A DNA stretch of 64,000 bases from the IMG/VR virus record IMGVR_UViG_2693430034_000001, positions 63,633-127,632 of that record, one strand, 5' to 3'. The stretch is from a virus (Duplodnaviria > Caudoviricetes). The notes below the pieces were generated by a model, which was given only the letters and a program-made list of their open reading frames with translations, ran no database searches and had not been told where the DNA came from. The translations under genes and the position numbers were made by a program. Positions 28,517 to 38,030 of the stretch are shown piece by piece (within the stretch, counting starts at the first letter, position 1; each line of letters opens with the position of its first letter).

Positions 28517-29275
28517 ATGAACGGTTTTATTCTGTACCGTGGCCCGTCGCTGATCGACGGTGAGCCTATCGTCGTCATCGCCACTGGTCTGGAAGACGGC
28601 GGCAGCAATTCGAAGACTGGACCGATGGTCCAGATCTACATCATACGCGCCGACCAGAACCCTCTACTCGCCGCCCAGACCGGCGATGACGTCTCAGTCT
28701 GCGGTAGCTGCATCCACCGCGGCCGGATCGTCACGGATCCCAAGACGGGTCTGCGCAAGAATGTGGAGCGGTCCTGCTACGTTACCCTAATGCATGGCCC
28801 GCGCGTCATCTGGGATGGCTTCCAGCGCGGCATCTATCCCGAGGTCACGCCGGCCAAGGCTCGCAAGCTCCTGGCCCGCAAGCGCGTCCGTATCGGCGCC
28901 TACGGCGATCCTGGTGCCGCTCCAGTCAGCATGTGGCGGGTCGCCCTCGCCCAGGTCGATGAGCTGACAGGCTACTCGCATCTCTGGCGCCAGTTCCCCA
29001 AGTTGGCGGACTTCTGCATGGCCTCTTGCGACAGCGAGACTGATCGCATCATGGCCAAGGCTCTGGGGTTCCGCACCTACCGCGTCCGCCCGAAGGGCGA
29101 GCCCAAGATGGACGGCGAAGGTCACTGCCCCGCAGCGGCCGAGATGGGCAAGTCCGTACAGTGCGCCTACTGCCTGCTTTGCGGCGGCCAACGGTCAAAA
29201 GCCAAAGCTGACATCACCATCGAGGCTCACGGAACAGGCTCGAAACACTTCGAACGGGCCAAGGAGGTCGCATGA
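28517..29275 (+). CDS. Cys-rich conserved phage protein (possible Fe-S enzyme)
   Basis: NSKTG, CGSC, CYV, RIGAYGDP, GYSH and CPA...CAYCLLC motifs. Confidence 0.75.
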   Translation: MNGFILYRGPSLIDGEPIVVIATGLEDGGSNSKTGPMVQIYIIRADQNPLLAAQTGDDVSVCGSCIHRGRIVTDPKTGLRKNVERSCYVTLMHGPRVIWDGFQRGIYPEVTPAKARKLLARKRVRIGAYGDPGAAPVSMWRVALAQVDELTGYSHLWRQFPKLADFCMASCDSETDRIMAKALGFRTYRVRPKGEPKMDGEGHCPAAAEMGKSVQCAYCLLCGGQRSKAKADITIEAHGTGSKHFERAKEVA

Positions 29276-29630
29276 CCTGGAATCACACATCGCTGATCGA
29301 GGACGAGTTCGACGACGTCGAGAGCGTCAGCGAGATCATTCAGACCAATCGGGGCGAACGACGAGCACCTTCCCGCTATCGCGGGGAGTATCGCCGCTCC
29401 GATCGGCACAACGAAGACGGCTACGGCGAAATGGACTTCAGCTGATGCCGAAATTCCACGTCTACGGCGCCCGTCTCCGGCACGAAATACCTTGGCGTGT
29501 TCGACGCCAAGGACAGAGACGCAGCCATCGCGATGGCCGAACCCGGAGCGCAGATCTGCCTCTGCCATCAGTGCAGCAGCGAGGTGGAAAGCGCCGAGAT
29601 CAACGAAATCACAGCTGAGGAGATCAAGTA

Positions 29631-30023
29631 ATGACCGAGACAACGACTACCACCGATACGATCCCGCTTTCGATCAATGGGCTGACCTGGCGCAAGATAA
29701 CCGACCAGATCGTGGCCGGCGTCGAAGGCGGCATCAGCTACTGGGCATCGTCCTTCAAGCCCGAAGGCGAGATCAGCACCGACGTGTCGCCCTGGTACGA
29801 CGACGAGAAATTCTGGGCGGCTGGCGGCTGGAAGATCCTCATCAAAGTCCACGATGAGCGCAAGCCCAAGGAAATGACGCCAGAGTCCATGAGGAATGGA
29901 CTGCAGTACCTGGCCGACAATCACCTCTGGCGCATCGAGCAGATGATCAAGGAAAACGGCGACGCTGAGACCGGCGACGTGTTCATCCAGTCCTGCTTGT
30001 TTGGGGATATCGTCTATGGATAG
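29631..30023 (+). CDS. hypothetical protein
   Basis: EGGISYWA...DA..GDVFIQ..LFGDIVYG motif. Confidence 0.75.
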   Translation: MTETTTTTDTIPLSINGLTWRKITDQIVAGVEGGISYWASSFKPEGEISTDVSPWYDDEKFWAAGGWKILIKVHDERKPKEMTPESMRNGLQYLADNHLWRIEQMIKENGDAETGDVFIQSCLFGDIVYG

Positions 30024-30306
30024 GACGTTCGGCCACAGGGACGGCCTGCACGAAGCCGCCGGCTTCAAGCTCGGTCAGCGCGTCGAGATGCTGACCGAGA
30101 CCAAGGGCGCCGACCACGACGACATCGAGCACACGCTCAAGCCGGGAGCAACCGGCCTGATCGAGTGCATCGATCAGCTCCCTGCCCCTCAAGGCCTCAC
30201 CTTCACCATCTGGATCCCCGTCGACGAGCTGCAAGGCCGTGGCATCGTCAACGTGTTTGACGAGGGCGACGGACCCATCACCAACTTTCTCAAGGAGAAG
30301 ACATGA
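30016..30306 (+). CDS. hypothetical protein
   Basis: Coupled ORF. Confidence 0.6.
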   Translation: MDRTFGHRDGLHEAAGFKLGQRVEMLTETKGADHDDIEHTLKPGATGLIECIDQLPAPQGLTFTIWIPVDELQGRGIVNVFDEGDGPITNFLKEKT

Positions 30307-30508
30307 AGTCGAAAGCATCACCTACGCTCTACGTCGTGTGGGCGCTATCGAAACCAGGTCCGCAGTGGCGAGCGGTCTGCGAACCCAGGCCACGAGCCGA
30401 GCTGATCCTGGTTGTTCGGGACCAATGGGTCAAGGGTCGCATGGCTGTGATCAGGCCGGCGCCGATCGCTGAGGCTGCATGATCAAGGACTCGTAAGCAG
30501 GAGGAAGA

Positions 30509-30886
30509 ATGACAACCAGTACGGCACAGCCTGTCCCCAAAGAACCGCCTCCGCCGCCGATCAATGCGAAGTTCGCCGATCGGCTTCCGCTGATCATGAA
30601 TGAGATCTGTGATCAGCTGCTGGTGATCGAGCCAGCCATCACAAGACTGTCAGTGCAGCTCCGGGAATTTCTCGACTTCCTGGACTTCGAGATCAAGAAG
30701 GCCGATCTCGAGATCAAGCGAATGAAATGGGAGGAGAAAGTCGATCTGACCACTGTCAGGCAGGCTGAGGCATGGCTTCAGAAGCTACGGCAGCTCAAGA
30801 CCGACTTTAACGTCGACGTGATGACGTCCCCACCGGAAACCATCAGGGCGATGGTCGACAGGATCCAGAAGACCTTTGGGATATAA
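30509..30886 (+). CDS. hypothetical protein
   Basis: GGAGG RBS. Confidence 0.65.
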   Translation: MTTSTAQPVPKEPPPPPINAKFADRLPLIMNEICDQLLVIEPAITRLSVQLREFLDFLDFEIKKADLEIKRMKWEEKVDLTTVRQAEAWLQKLRQLKTDFNVDVMTSPPETIRAMVDRIQKTFGI

Positions 30887-30913
30887 AGAAGGGCCGCCCG
30901 CGGGCGACCCTTC
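30882..30913 (-). terminator. rho-independent terminator for the repressor transcript (possibly bidirectional)
   Basis: GC-rich hairpin between convergent genes, followed by a T-rich run on the minus strand. Confidence 0.6.
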
Positions 30914-30914
30914 A

Positions 30915-31625
30915 CTATTCTCGAACCGTCACAAGGATAATGGCGATTTCTTTGATGTCGTCGAACTGCATGGTCTCGTCTTCTGTGACCGGCATCGACT
31001 TGGAGAGGCTGAGACCGCTCTCGTTGATGTCGACAAGCAGACGAACCTTGGTCTTTTCGTCCTTGCCGGTGAGCATGACGAGATCGCCCGGGACCGGATC
31101 ACGCCGCTTGGTGGCGTACATCAGGGTGCCTGTCTTTAACCACTGACCGAACGAGTTATCCGGCATGTGGAACGCGAAAGCGGTATCGTCCCCCGCGAGC
31201 TGTGGCGGCGCCGGCACGTAGCCGTCTCGCCGCGGGCTGGCAGCCGACTGCAGAGCAGATGGCAGCGACGATACGTGACGCAGCTCTACGGTTGGCGTAG
31301 TCCTGCGCGACGAACGTGACGAGGATTCGCCGGCTTCCGCATCGGCCGCAGCTTCCTTTGCATCATCGGCACCCAGAGCCGCCATCACCTTCTTCGGGAT
31401 CGGATAGCCCGATCCGTTCGCGATTTTCTGAAGCGTGGTAATAGTCGGAACGAAGGGGTGATCGGGGTTGTTGAGGAGACGGAGGATTGTCGAAGGAGCC
31501 AGGCCACAATGGCGTGCCAGGTCGGTTCCATTCCACTTCTTCCGATCCAAGATGTGATCGATCCACTCGATCACTACTTGCTTTGGTGATTGCGCCTTGG
31601 CCATGTTTTGTACCGGTAAATTCAC
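30915..31625 (-). CDS. CI-like XRE repressor with S24-like C-terminal domain
   Basis: HTH (DLARHCGLAPSTILR...TITTLQKIA) and C-terminal FAFHMPDNSF...PGDLV. Confidence 0.8.
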   Translation of the reverse strand: MNLPVQNMAKAQSPKQVVIEWIDHILDRKKWNGTDLARHCGLAPSTILRLLNNPDHPFVPTITTLQKIANGSGYPIPKKVMAALGADDAKEAAADAEAGESSSRSSRRTTPTVELRHVSSLPSALQSAASPRRDGYVPAPPQLAGDDTAFAFHMPDNSFGQWLKTGTLMYATKRRDPVPGDLVMLTGKDEKTKVRLLVDINESGLSLSKSMPVTEDETMQFDDIKEIAIILVTVRE

Positions 31626-31892
31626 TTGCGAGCTTCCCTTAGAATGGTTCGCTTATCGATAGATTGCGTCTGGCCACGCATAGGTTGTGTGATGCCAAAC
31701 GCTCAATTCGCTCTGGATGAAAAGTAAGTTCTGACTGACATTCGCATTTCATCCTTTCCATTTGTCGGGATGCTAATGCCCTGCCGTACGACAGGTTTCG
31801 CACGATTGCAAATGATTTTTTGTTCTTATTCTGTTCTGACTTCGAATTTATATCAAACAAAATCAGTGACTTATATCTACCCGAGAATCGAT

Positions 31893-32501
31893 TCAGCAAC
31901 TCAAGTTTCTTGAGGCGCCTTTCAACAATGCAAGTAATTGCTTAAATTCGGGTGTTCGAATGCCTGCATGGACCACGGCGCAGGCGTCCGCGGCATGCTC
32001 ATTGTCAGCGTGCAGATCGCCAGCCTGGCGGGTTCGCTTTCCCTTGCTGACCACGTCCTTGTGATATTTCTGCCAGGGAATAGACGGATAGAGGCCGGCA
32101 GCCCAGGAAATGATCTCCGGCTTTTCGGCGGTTTTGGTGCCGACACTGGCGAGTTTGGTCTCCACCGGCATGACCTCGATCAGGTTGACAGGTGACGAAG
32201 CAAGCACGCCGATCGCCACGCCGAAGCCCAGCGAGCTGCGCTGGTGCTGGGATCCTGAGGGGACTTCGACGAAACCAAGGGTGCAGTCAGTCATCCAGGC
32301 CTGAAAGCCGTCGTGCAGCTCTCTCGCTCGGCGCAGATCGTCCGAGTTCTGCCGTACCGTCTTCCCCTTGCGGGGCTCGGTCACGATGGTGTGGATTTCT
32401 ACCAGCTCCAGGGCCAGCGTGTCCGTGTCCAGCAGCATCTTCGCCATACCCCAGTTGGCGAGCGAAGGGTCGATGCCGGCGACGCGGATGATGGAACTCA
32501 A
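31893..32501 (-). CDS. ruvC: RuvC-like Holliday junction resolvase
   Basis: AGIDPSL..WG, VEVP and EHAADA motifs. TTG start with GAGG RBS. Confidence 0.8.
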   Translation of the reverse strand: MSSIIRVAGIDPSLANWGMAKMLLDTDTLALELVEIHTIVTEPRKGKTVRQNSDDLRRARELHDGFQAWMTDCTLGFVEVPSGSQHQRSSLGFGVAIGVLASSPVNLIEVMPVETKLASVGTKTAEKPEIISWAAGLYPSIPWQKYHKDVVSKGKRTRQAGDLHADNEHAADACAVVHAGIRTPEFKQLLALLKGASRNLSC

Positions 32502-32632
32502 CTGAACCTCTAGTGCCTGAGTAATTCTGCAACGCACCACATCTCGTGGCTTGCATTCTTGTTTGCATTCGTGCAAATACACCGGCCCGGTTTTGGGGTC
32601 AAGCCCCACCGGCCATAGCGCAACGGAAAACC

Positions 32633-33430
32633 ATGAGCATCAGAGCAATCAACTGGGTGATCGAGGACTTCGTCGATGTCGATCCGAAGAAGGTCACCCC
32701 GACAATGCGTCACATCCTGATCATCCTCGCCAATTTTGCTGGCGACGAAGACAGCTCCTACCCCCGGCAGAACACGATCGCGAGAATCACCGGCTATTCG
32801 AGGCCATGTGTGAACAAGAACCTCAGCCTCATGGAAGAGATGGGTCTGATCACCTCGGCCGGCCGCAAGCACGCCAACGGCGCCACGCGATCCTCAGAAT
32901 ACACGCTGCGCATTGCCGCAGCCAACAAGTACGACGGCCCCCCACCGGAGGGGGGTGTAACCGACGATGACACCCGGGGTGTAACCCAGGATGACAGGGG
33001 AGTCGCTCAGAAAGACTCGGCGTGTAATCGACGATCACACGGGGGTGTAAACGAGGATGACACCTTGAACCACCACTTAGATCCACCACAAGAACCGAAA
33101 CAAGAACCGAAGCGTCCGCGCAAGACTGCGCCCTGGCCGAGCGACTATCGGGAGCAGTTCTGGTCGCTGTATCCGAAGCGAAAGAACACCAGCAAGAAAG
33201 CGGCCCTCGACAAGCTTGCCAAGCTTGAGCGGGAAGATCGGGTGGAGTTCGAGACCATCATGACCGGCCTTCGATACTTCGCCGAGCGGACCAACGCTGA
33301 GGTCTCTCGTGACCGGTCCCGAGAACAGTTCATCCCGCACGCAATCACCTGGATCAACGGGGAGCGTTGGGAGACCGAAGGTCCGGCAGACCGAAGGCCG
33401 CCGCCACCCAAACGAAGCGTGGCGATCTGA
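32633..33430 (+). CDS. phage replication initiator (HTH domain)
   Basis: LIILANFA..SYPRQ..IARITG HTH, C-terminal FWSLYPKR...PHAITWINGERW, internal iterons. Confidence 0.85.
   Translation: MSIRAINWVIEDFVDVDPKKVTPTMRHILIILANFAGDEDSSYPRQNTIARITGYSRPCVNKNLSLMEEMGLITSAGRKHANGATRSSEYTLRIAAANKYDGPPPEGGVTDDDTRGVTQDDRGVAQKDSACNRRSHGGVNEDDTLNHHLDPPQEPKQEPKRPRKTAPWPSDYREQFWSLYPKRKNTSKKAALDKLAKLEREDRVEFETIMTGLRYFAERTNAEVSRDRSREQFIPHAITWINGERWETEGPADRRPPPPKRSVAI
32952..33063 (+). repeat. iterons (putative replication origin)
   Basis: Four near-copies of GGGGTGTAAnnnAnGATGACAC plus one degenerate copy, at ~21-24 bp spacing. Confidence 0.75.
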
Positions 33431-33431
33431 C

Positions 33432-33752
33432 ATGGCCGGTGTCGATGTAGCGAAGGTGCTGCGCGACGAGAGGATCGTGGTTCGATCTCTCAAGGCCGGC
33501 AATCAGTATGCGCTCTGTCCGCAGTGTTCGCACCAGCGGAAAGGGTCACACAAAAAAATCCGTTGCCTCAGCGTCCTGATCGACTCTGACGGTGTGTGTT
33601 GGAACTGCAAGAACTGTGGATGGGTAGGATCTGAGAATGCTGAGCGAAAAACACGCCAAGGGGATCGAGTCCAGAGGCCTGTGTCTCGACCTGGCGGCGG
33701 ATATGGGAGCCTACAGCGCACGTCGCTTGCGCGATGGGTCAATCGAACCTGA
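33432..33752 (+). CDS. primase zinc-binding domain (separate ORF)
   Basis: CPQC...CLSV...WNCKNCGW, as in T7 gp4/Twinkle zinc-binding domains. Confidence 0.75.
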   Translation: MAGVDVAKVLRDERIVVRSLKAGNQYALCPQCSHQRKGSHKKIRCLSVLIDSDGVCWNCKNCGWVGSENAERKTRQGDRVQRPVSRPGGGYGSLQRTSLARWVNRT

Positions 33753-35190
33753 CATCGACGGCAACATCCTGGCGCTCCCTTTCATGGAGCACGAGGACGA
33801 GGTGAACACCAAATACCGGTGGTCACAGGATGGCGAGCGTCGTTTCCAGCAGCGCAAAGACGCGAAGAAAACGCTCTACAACGCAAACGTCCTGCTGAAA
33901 GACGACACGATGAACCGGCTTGAGGCCGGAACCGACGAGCTGATCTGGACTGAAGGCGAGTTCGACTGCTGGGCTGTCCTGATGGCCGGGCACGACACAT
34001 GCGTGTCGGTTCCGGATGGTGCGCCCCCTGCCCGCGACAAGAACGGCAAACTGATCGAGGTGCCGGACGATGATCGGGACATCGATCCTGAGGACGACGA
34101 CAAGTTCGCCTTCATGGGCCGGTTGATGGACCCGATCATGAAGGTCAAGCACCACATCATCGCAACGGACGGCGATGAGCCTGGTGGCCGGCTCGCCAAG
34201 GAGCTGGTCAGACGCATCGGTGCGGCCAAGTGCTTCTGGGTCGAGTACCCGAAGGACGAGGTGGTCCCGGACAAAAAGAACAAGGGCAAGTTCCGAGCGC
34301 CGAAGGACTTGAACGAAGTCCTGTTGTACCTCGGCAAGGACGGCGTGAAGAAGGTTATCTCGGAAGCAAAGCCCTGGCCGGTGAAAGGTCTGTACCGGTT
34401 GTCGGACTATCCCGAGATGGAGATCCCGCAGATGTGCGAGATCGGCCTTTCCGAGGAACTAGACAAGCACATGAAGTTCTACGAGGGTCAGTTCGTGGTC
34501 TGCACGGGCATTCCCAACTCCGGCAAGTCGACGCTGATCAACCAGGCGTCGGTCCTGATGGCCAAGCGCCACAAGTGGCCGGTCGCTATCTTCTCCGGCG
34601 AGAAGGACGTCAAGCCGTTCCTGGCGCACGAGCTGATGGGTGCCTTCCTCGGCAAGGCGAGGACCGACTGGACGTTTGAGGACAAGAAGCGGGCCGAAGC
34701 GTTCGTGCAACGCTACTACCAGTTCATCGACTACGATGACACTGGCGACGTCGAGATCGACGTCAAGTTCCTGCTCGATGCTTGCGCTGCCGCGGTTTTC
34801 CGCGACGGTGTGAAGATGCTGATCATCGATCCCTGGAACGAGCTTGAGCACAATCGGCCCATGAACCTGTCGTTGACAGAGTACATCGGCAAGATGATCA
34901 AGGCGCTGAAGCGGTTCGCCAAACAGTTCCGCGTCTGCGTCATCGTGGTCGCGCATCCCACCAAGCTCGGCGCCGACGTGGTGCCAGGCCTGTACAACAT
35001 TTCGGACTCCGCTCATTGGGCCAACAAAGCCGACCTCGGTTTGGTGGTTCATCCAGCGGACCCGGAAAATCCGAACGCTAGACATGTCATCATCTCCAAG
35101 GTGCGTCTCAAACGCATCGCCGGCCTGACCGGGGTGGTCGTTCTGTCGTTCGATGAGCACACTGGCCAATTCATCGCGCCAGATTTTTGA
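33637..35190 (+). CDS. Twinkle/T7 gp4-like TOPRIM primase-SF4 helicase
   Basis: WTEGEFD, SVPDGA, ATDGDEPG, KDLNE, GIPNSGKS, IIDPWN and VAHPTK motifs. Confidence 0.92.
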   Translation: MLSEKHAKGIESRGLCLDLAADMGAYSARRLRDGSIEPDIDGNILALPFMEHEDEVNTKYRWSQDGERRFQQRKDAKKTLYNANVLLKDDTMNRLEAGTDELIWTEGEFDCWAVLMAGHDTCVSVPDGAPPARDKNGKLIEVPDDDRDIDPEDDDKFAFMGRLMDPIMKVKHHIIATDGDEPGGRLAKELVRRIGAAKCFWVEYPKDEVVPDKKNKGKFRAPKDLNEVLLYLGKDGVKKVISEAKPWPVKGLYRLSDYPEMEIPQMCEIGLSEELDKHMKFYEGQFVVCTGIPNSGKSTLINQASVLMAKRHKWPVAIFSGEKDVKPFLAHELMGAFLGKARTDWTFEDKKRAEAFVQRYYQFIDYDDTGDVEIDVKFLLDACAAAVFRDGVKMLIIDPWNELEHNRPMNLSLTEYIGKMIKALKRFAKQFRVCVIVVAHPTKLGADVVPGLYNISDSAHWANKADLGLVVHPADPENPNARHVIISKVRLKRIAGLTGVVVLSFDEHTGQFIAPDF

Positions 35191-35245
35191 GAAAACGCTT
35201 GCACGAATGCAAACGTCATGGTAATGCAAACTCGAAAAGGAGAGA

Positions 35246-35902
35246 GTGGTGGCATCATCGTTGAACAAGGTTGAGCTGATCGGGCGGCTCGGTAAGGATC
35301 CCGAAGTGAAGAACCTGACCAACGGGTCGGCGGTCGCGAACTTCAGCGTCGCCACCAGCGAGGTCTGGAAGGACAAGCGCTCCGGCGAAAAGCAGGAGAA
35401 GACCGAGTGGCACAACATCGTCGTCTGGAACGAGAAGACGATCGAGTTCGTCGAGAAGTATCTCGCGAAGGGTGACCTGGTTCGCATCGAAGGCAAGATC
35501 CAGACCCGCAAGTGGCAGGATCAGGATGGCAAGGATCGCTACTCCACCGAGATCGTGATCCCGGCGTTTGCTCCGGTCGAGGCGCTGATGAAGCTGTCCT
35601 ACGACAACGACAACAAGAGCGGCGGCGATCGGAACGATGACCGCGGCTCCAGCCGTGGCGGCAGTTCCCGTGGCGGCAACAGCCGATCGAACGATGACGA
35701 TGATCGTGGCAGCAGCCGTGGCCGCGGGAACAACGATGATCGCGGTGGCGATGATCGCGGTTCGTCGAGCCGAGGCGGTGGCCGTGGCGGCAACAGCCGT
35801 GACAACGCCAAGGATGACCGTGGCGGCGGACGCGGTGATGACCGCGGTTCGAGCCGTGGTGGTGGCCGCAATGCCGACATGGACGATGACATCCCGTTTT
35901 GA
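35246..35902 (+). CDS. ssb: single-stranded DNA-binding protein
   Basis: LNKVELIGRLGKDPE, Gly/Arg/Asp-rich tail and DDDIPF terminus. Confidence 0.96.
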   Translation: MVASSLNKVELIGRLGKDPEVKNLTNGSAVANFSVATSEVWKDKRSGEKQEKTEWHNIVVWNEKTIEFVEKYLAKGDLVRIEGKIQTRKWQDQDGKDRYSTEIVIPAFAPVEALMKLSYDNDNKSGGDRNDDRGSSRGGSSRGGNSRSNDDDDRGSSRGRGNNDDRGGDDRGSSSRGGGRGGNSRDNAKDDRGGGRGDDRGSSRGGGRNADMDDDIPF

Positions 35903-35974
35903 TGAACGGGTGTCGGTACTGGACCGTATGAGGTTCGGCTACATCTGAGCTTCCCCGTTGAGCGGGGAAAATAG

Positions 35975-36014
35975 AGGGGCGCCCTGTAGTTGCGCGTGCC
36001 AGGGCGCCCCTTTT
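35975..36014 (+). terminator. putative rho-independent terminator
   Basis: AGGGGCGCCCTG...CAGGGCGCCCCT followed by TTT. Confidence 0.55.
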
Positions 36015-36052
36015 GGTATCCAATCATTTGCACGAATGCTAACGGAGACTTC

Positions 36053-36385
36053 ATGGACTTCTTCAAACCCGGAAGCTTTTCGATCCTGATGCTCAACACC
36101 GATGGGTCGTTGACAGAGATCGATGCTTCTCCCGACTTCCTGACCAACGCGGCAGGTGAGACACAGTCATGCGACTGTCCGCCCGGCGTGTGCCTGGGTG
36201 AAGCCGGCAACGAACTGGCTGACGACGATTACAACGACGATGATGACGTGATCTTCGTTGAAGACGAAGGCGTCCATCCGGCCGATCGTCTCGAAGCCGT
36301 GGCCCAGCTCGGCCGCATCACCGAAAGCCTCGCCTCCCTTGCCAACCTTCAGGGCCGGCTGGTCAGCGAACTGCTGGAAGGCTGA
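36053..36385 (+). CDS. acidic hypothetical protein
   Basis: GGAG RBS after an operator copy. Confidence 0.65.
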   Translation: MDFFKPGSFSILMLNTDGSLTEIDASPDFLTNAAGETQSCDCPPGVCLGEAGNELADDDYNDDDDVIFVEDEGVHPADRLEAVAQLGRITESLASLANLQGRLVSELLEG

Positions 36386-36391
36386 TCCAAG

Positions 36392-36739
36392 ATGAGAACT
36401 GTCCTGGAAGTCGGCCCCGGCGCCCTGTCGGAGTACTACGACTGGATGAAGGACGCCGCCCAGGGCGATGTCCTCGTCTATTGGTCTGGTGATCTTCAAT
36501 TCGATCGCCAGGTCGTCATCCCTGATGGGGATGCCCTGCGAACCGCAGACCGGCAGCGCATCACCGCGCTCAATGTCGTTGCGGAGCGCGTGTTGGAAGA
36601 TGCTGAAGATGGTCTGCTGTGCCTGACGCAGAAACGGCTCGGAGCCAGCGTCTATGAATATCGTGCAACCCGCCGCCGCCAGTCGTTCGGTAGCTCGGAA
36701 ACCTCGGTGCTGCCGAATGAACAGCTCGTCACTGCTTGA
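36392..36739 (+). CDS. hypothetical protein
   Basis: A..GD.LVY..G.L..DR...L.QKR motif. Confidence 0.7.
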   Translation: MRTVLEVGPGALSEYYDWMKDAAQGDVLVYWSGDLQFDRQVVIPDGDALRTADRQRITALNVVAERVLEDAEDGLLCLTQKRLGASVYEYRATRRRQSFGSSETSVLPNEQLVTA

Positions 36740-37313
36740 GGAACGCACGAAGGCTCTCGGCTGGCTCACCCATGGTGGTGAGCTGGCTGCGGCCCTTAAA
36801 GGCGAACGGGCACGTCATTCCGACGTGATCTGGCAGCTTTTAGTCGAGGCCGTCGAGGTCATCGATAAGACGCCAGACAACGAGCGTCGCTGGCTGACGT
36901 CCGGTCAGCGTTCCGGCGGTTGGAATATGGTCGGAATGTCTCGCAACGAACTGATCGAGATCGAGAAAATCCGTCTGCTCTCCGCGATGAAGCCCCACGA
37001 TGGGCAATCGAAATACTCGCCGCAGCGGAACGACGTTGATCGCGCCCTCGGCGTCCTGGAATGGATGCGCTGGTGCAACTCCGCCCGCCTTCCTGATCGT
37101 CTGAGGAGGGCAGCTATCTCCCTCGCCCGCGGGGGCGACCAAGAGATTGTGCATCGGATCTACTGCCCGACGCGCAAACCTAATCGCCAGAACATCGGCG
37201 AGATCAAGTCCAGAACCATCGGGTTCATCCAGACCGGCCTCCGGACCGATCTGGGTATCGTTCCTGGATATGGCCTCACCTTCGTGGAGACCCATCCCAG
37301 CGTCGCAGCATAA
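36717..37313 (+). CDS. hypothetical protein (DUF6362-like, possible transcription regulator)
   Basis: L.EA...P....P...DVDRALGVLEW pattern. Confidence 0.55.
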   Translation: MNSSSLLEERTKALGWLTHGGELAAALKGERARHSDVIWQLLVEAVEVIDKTPDNERRWLTSGQRSGGWNMVGMSRNELIEIEKIRLLSAMKPHDGQSKYSPQRNDVDRALGVLEWMRWCNSARLPDRLRRAAISLARGGDQEIVHRIYCPTRKPNRQNIGEIKSRTIGFIQTGLRTDLGIVPGYGLTFVETHPSVAA

Positions 37314-37324
37314 GGAAATTGGCA

Positions 37325-38002
37325 ATGAGGGAAATCATCCTCGATACCGAGACCACGGGCCTCGACCGTAAGGTCGATCGCATCGTTGAAATCGGTGCCA
37401 TCGAGATGGTCGACCTCATGCCAACCGGTCGAACCTACCACCAGTACTGCAATCCGCTGAGGCCAGTTCACAAGGAAGCCTACCGGGTCCATGGCCTGAG
37501 CGACGTATTTCTATCGACAAAGCCAACCTTCAAGCGGATCCACGGCACGTTCCTGCGCTTCATCGGGGACGCCAGGCTGGTCGCTCACAACGCATCGTTC
37601 GATATCGGGATGTTGAACGAGGAGCTGGATCGGCTCGACCTGGATCCTCTGAAGAACGAGGTCGTCGACACGCTGCAGCTGGCCAGGGAAAAGCACCCTC
37701 GCCGCAAGCATACACTGGATGCTCTGTGCAGCATCTACAACATCGACGACTCGAGAAGAACGCTTCACGGCGCTCTCCTCGATGCCGAACTTCTCGCTGA
37801 AGTCTACGCCGAGCTTCGCGGCGGCCGGCAGTTTGGCATGCAGCTTGACATGCTCGCCCAGCCCGAAGGTGATGAAGAGGATTTGCCAGTTCGGGTCCGG
37901 CCCGTACCGCTGGCGAAACGGATCACCGAAAAGGATGTCGCCGATCACAGGGCCTTCGTGGCCACGCTCGGCGATGCCGCCATCTGGCGGAACTACGTCT
38001 AA
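37325..38002 (+). CDS. dnaQ: DNA polymerase III epsilon-like 3'-5' exonuclease
   Basis: LDTETTG, AHNASFD, HGALLDAELLAEVY and GGRQ motifs. Confidence 0.93.
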   Translation: MREIILDTETTGLDRKVDRIVEIGAIEMVDLMPTGRTYHQYCNPLRPVHKEAYRVHGLSDVFLSTKPTFKRIHGTFLRFIGDARLVAHNASFDIGMLNEELDRLDLDPLKNEVVDTLQLAREKHPRRKHTLDALCSIYNIDDSRRTLHGALLDAELLAEVYAELRGGRQFGMQLDMLAQPEGDEEDLPVRVRPVPLAKRITEKDVADHRAFVATLGDAAIWRNYV

Positions 38003-38030
38003 TCATTTGTTTGAATGCAAGGAGAACAAA

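Noticed and set aside
29445-29630. Apparently broken small gene (MPKFHVYG...CLCHQC...)
   Set aside because: Removing one C near 29470 restores a clean ORF, so this is probably an indel error.
35620-35880. Tandem GATGA(C/T)CG(C/T)GG repeats
   Set aside because: They encode the ordinary low-complexity Gly/Arg/Asp tail of SSB.
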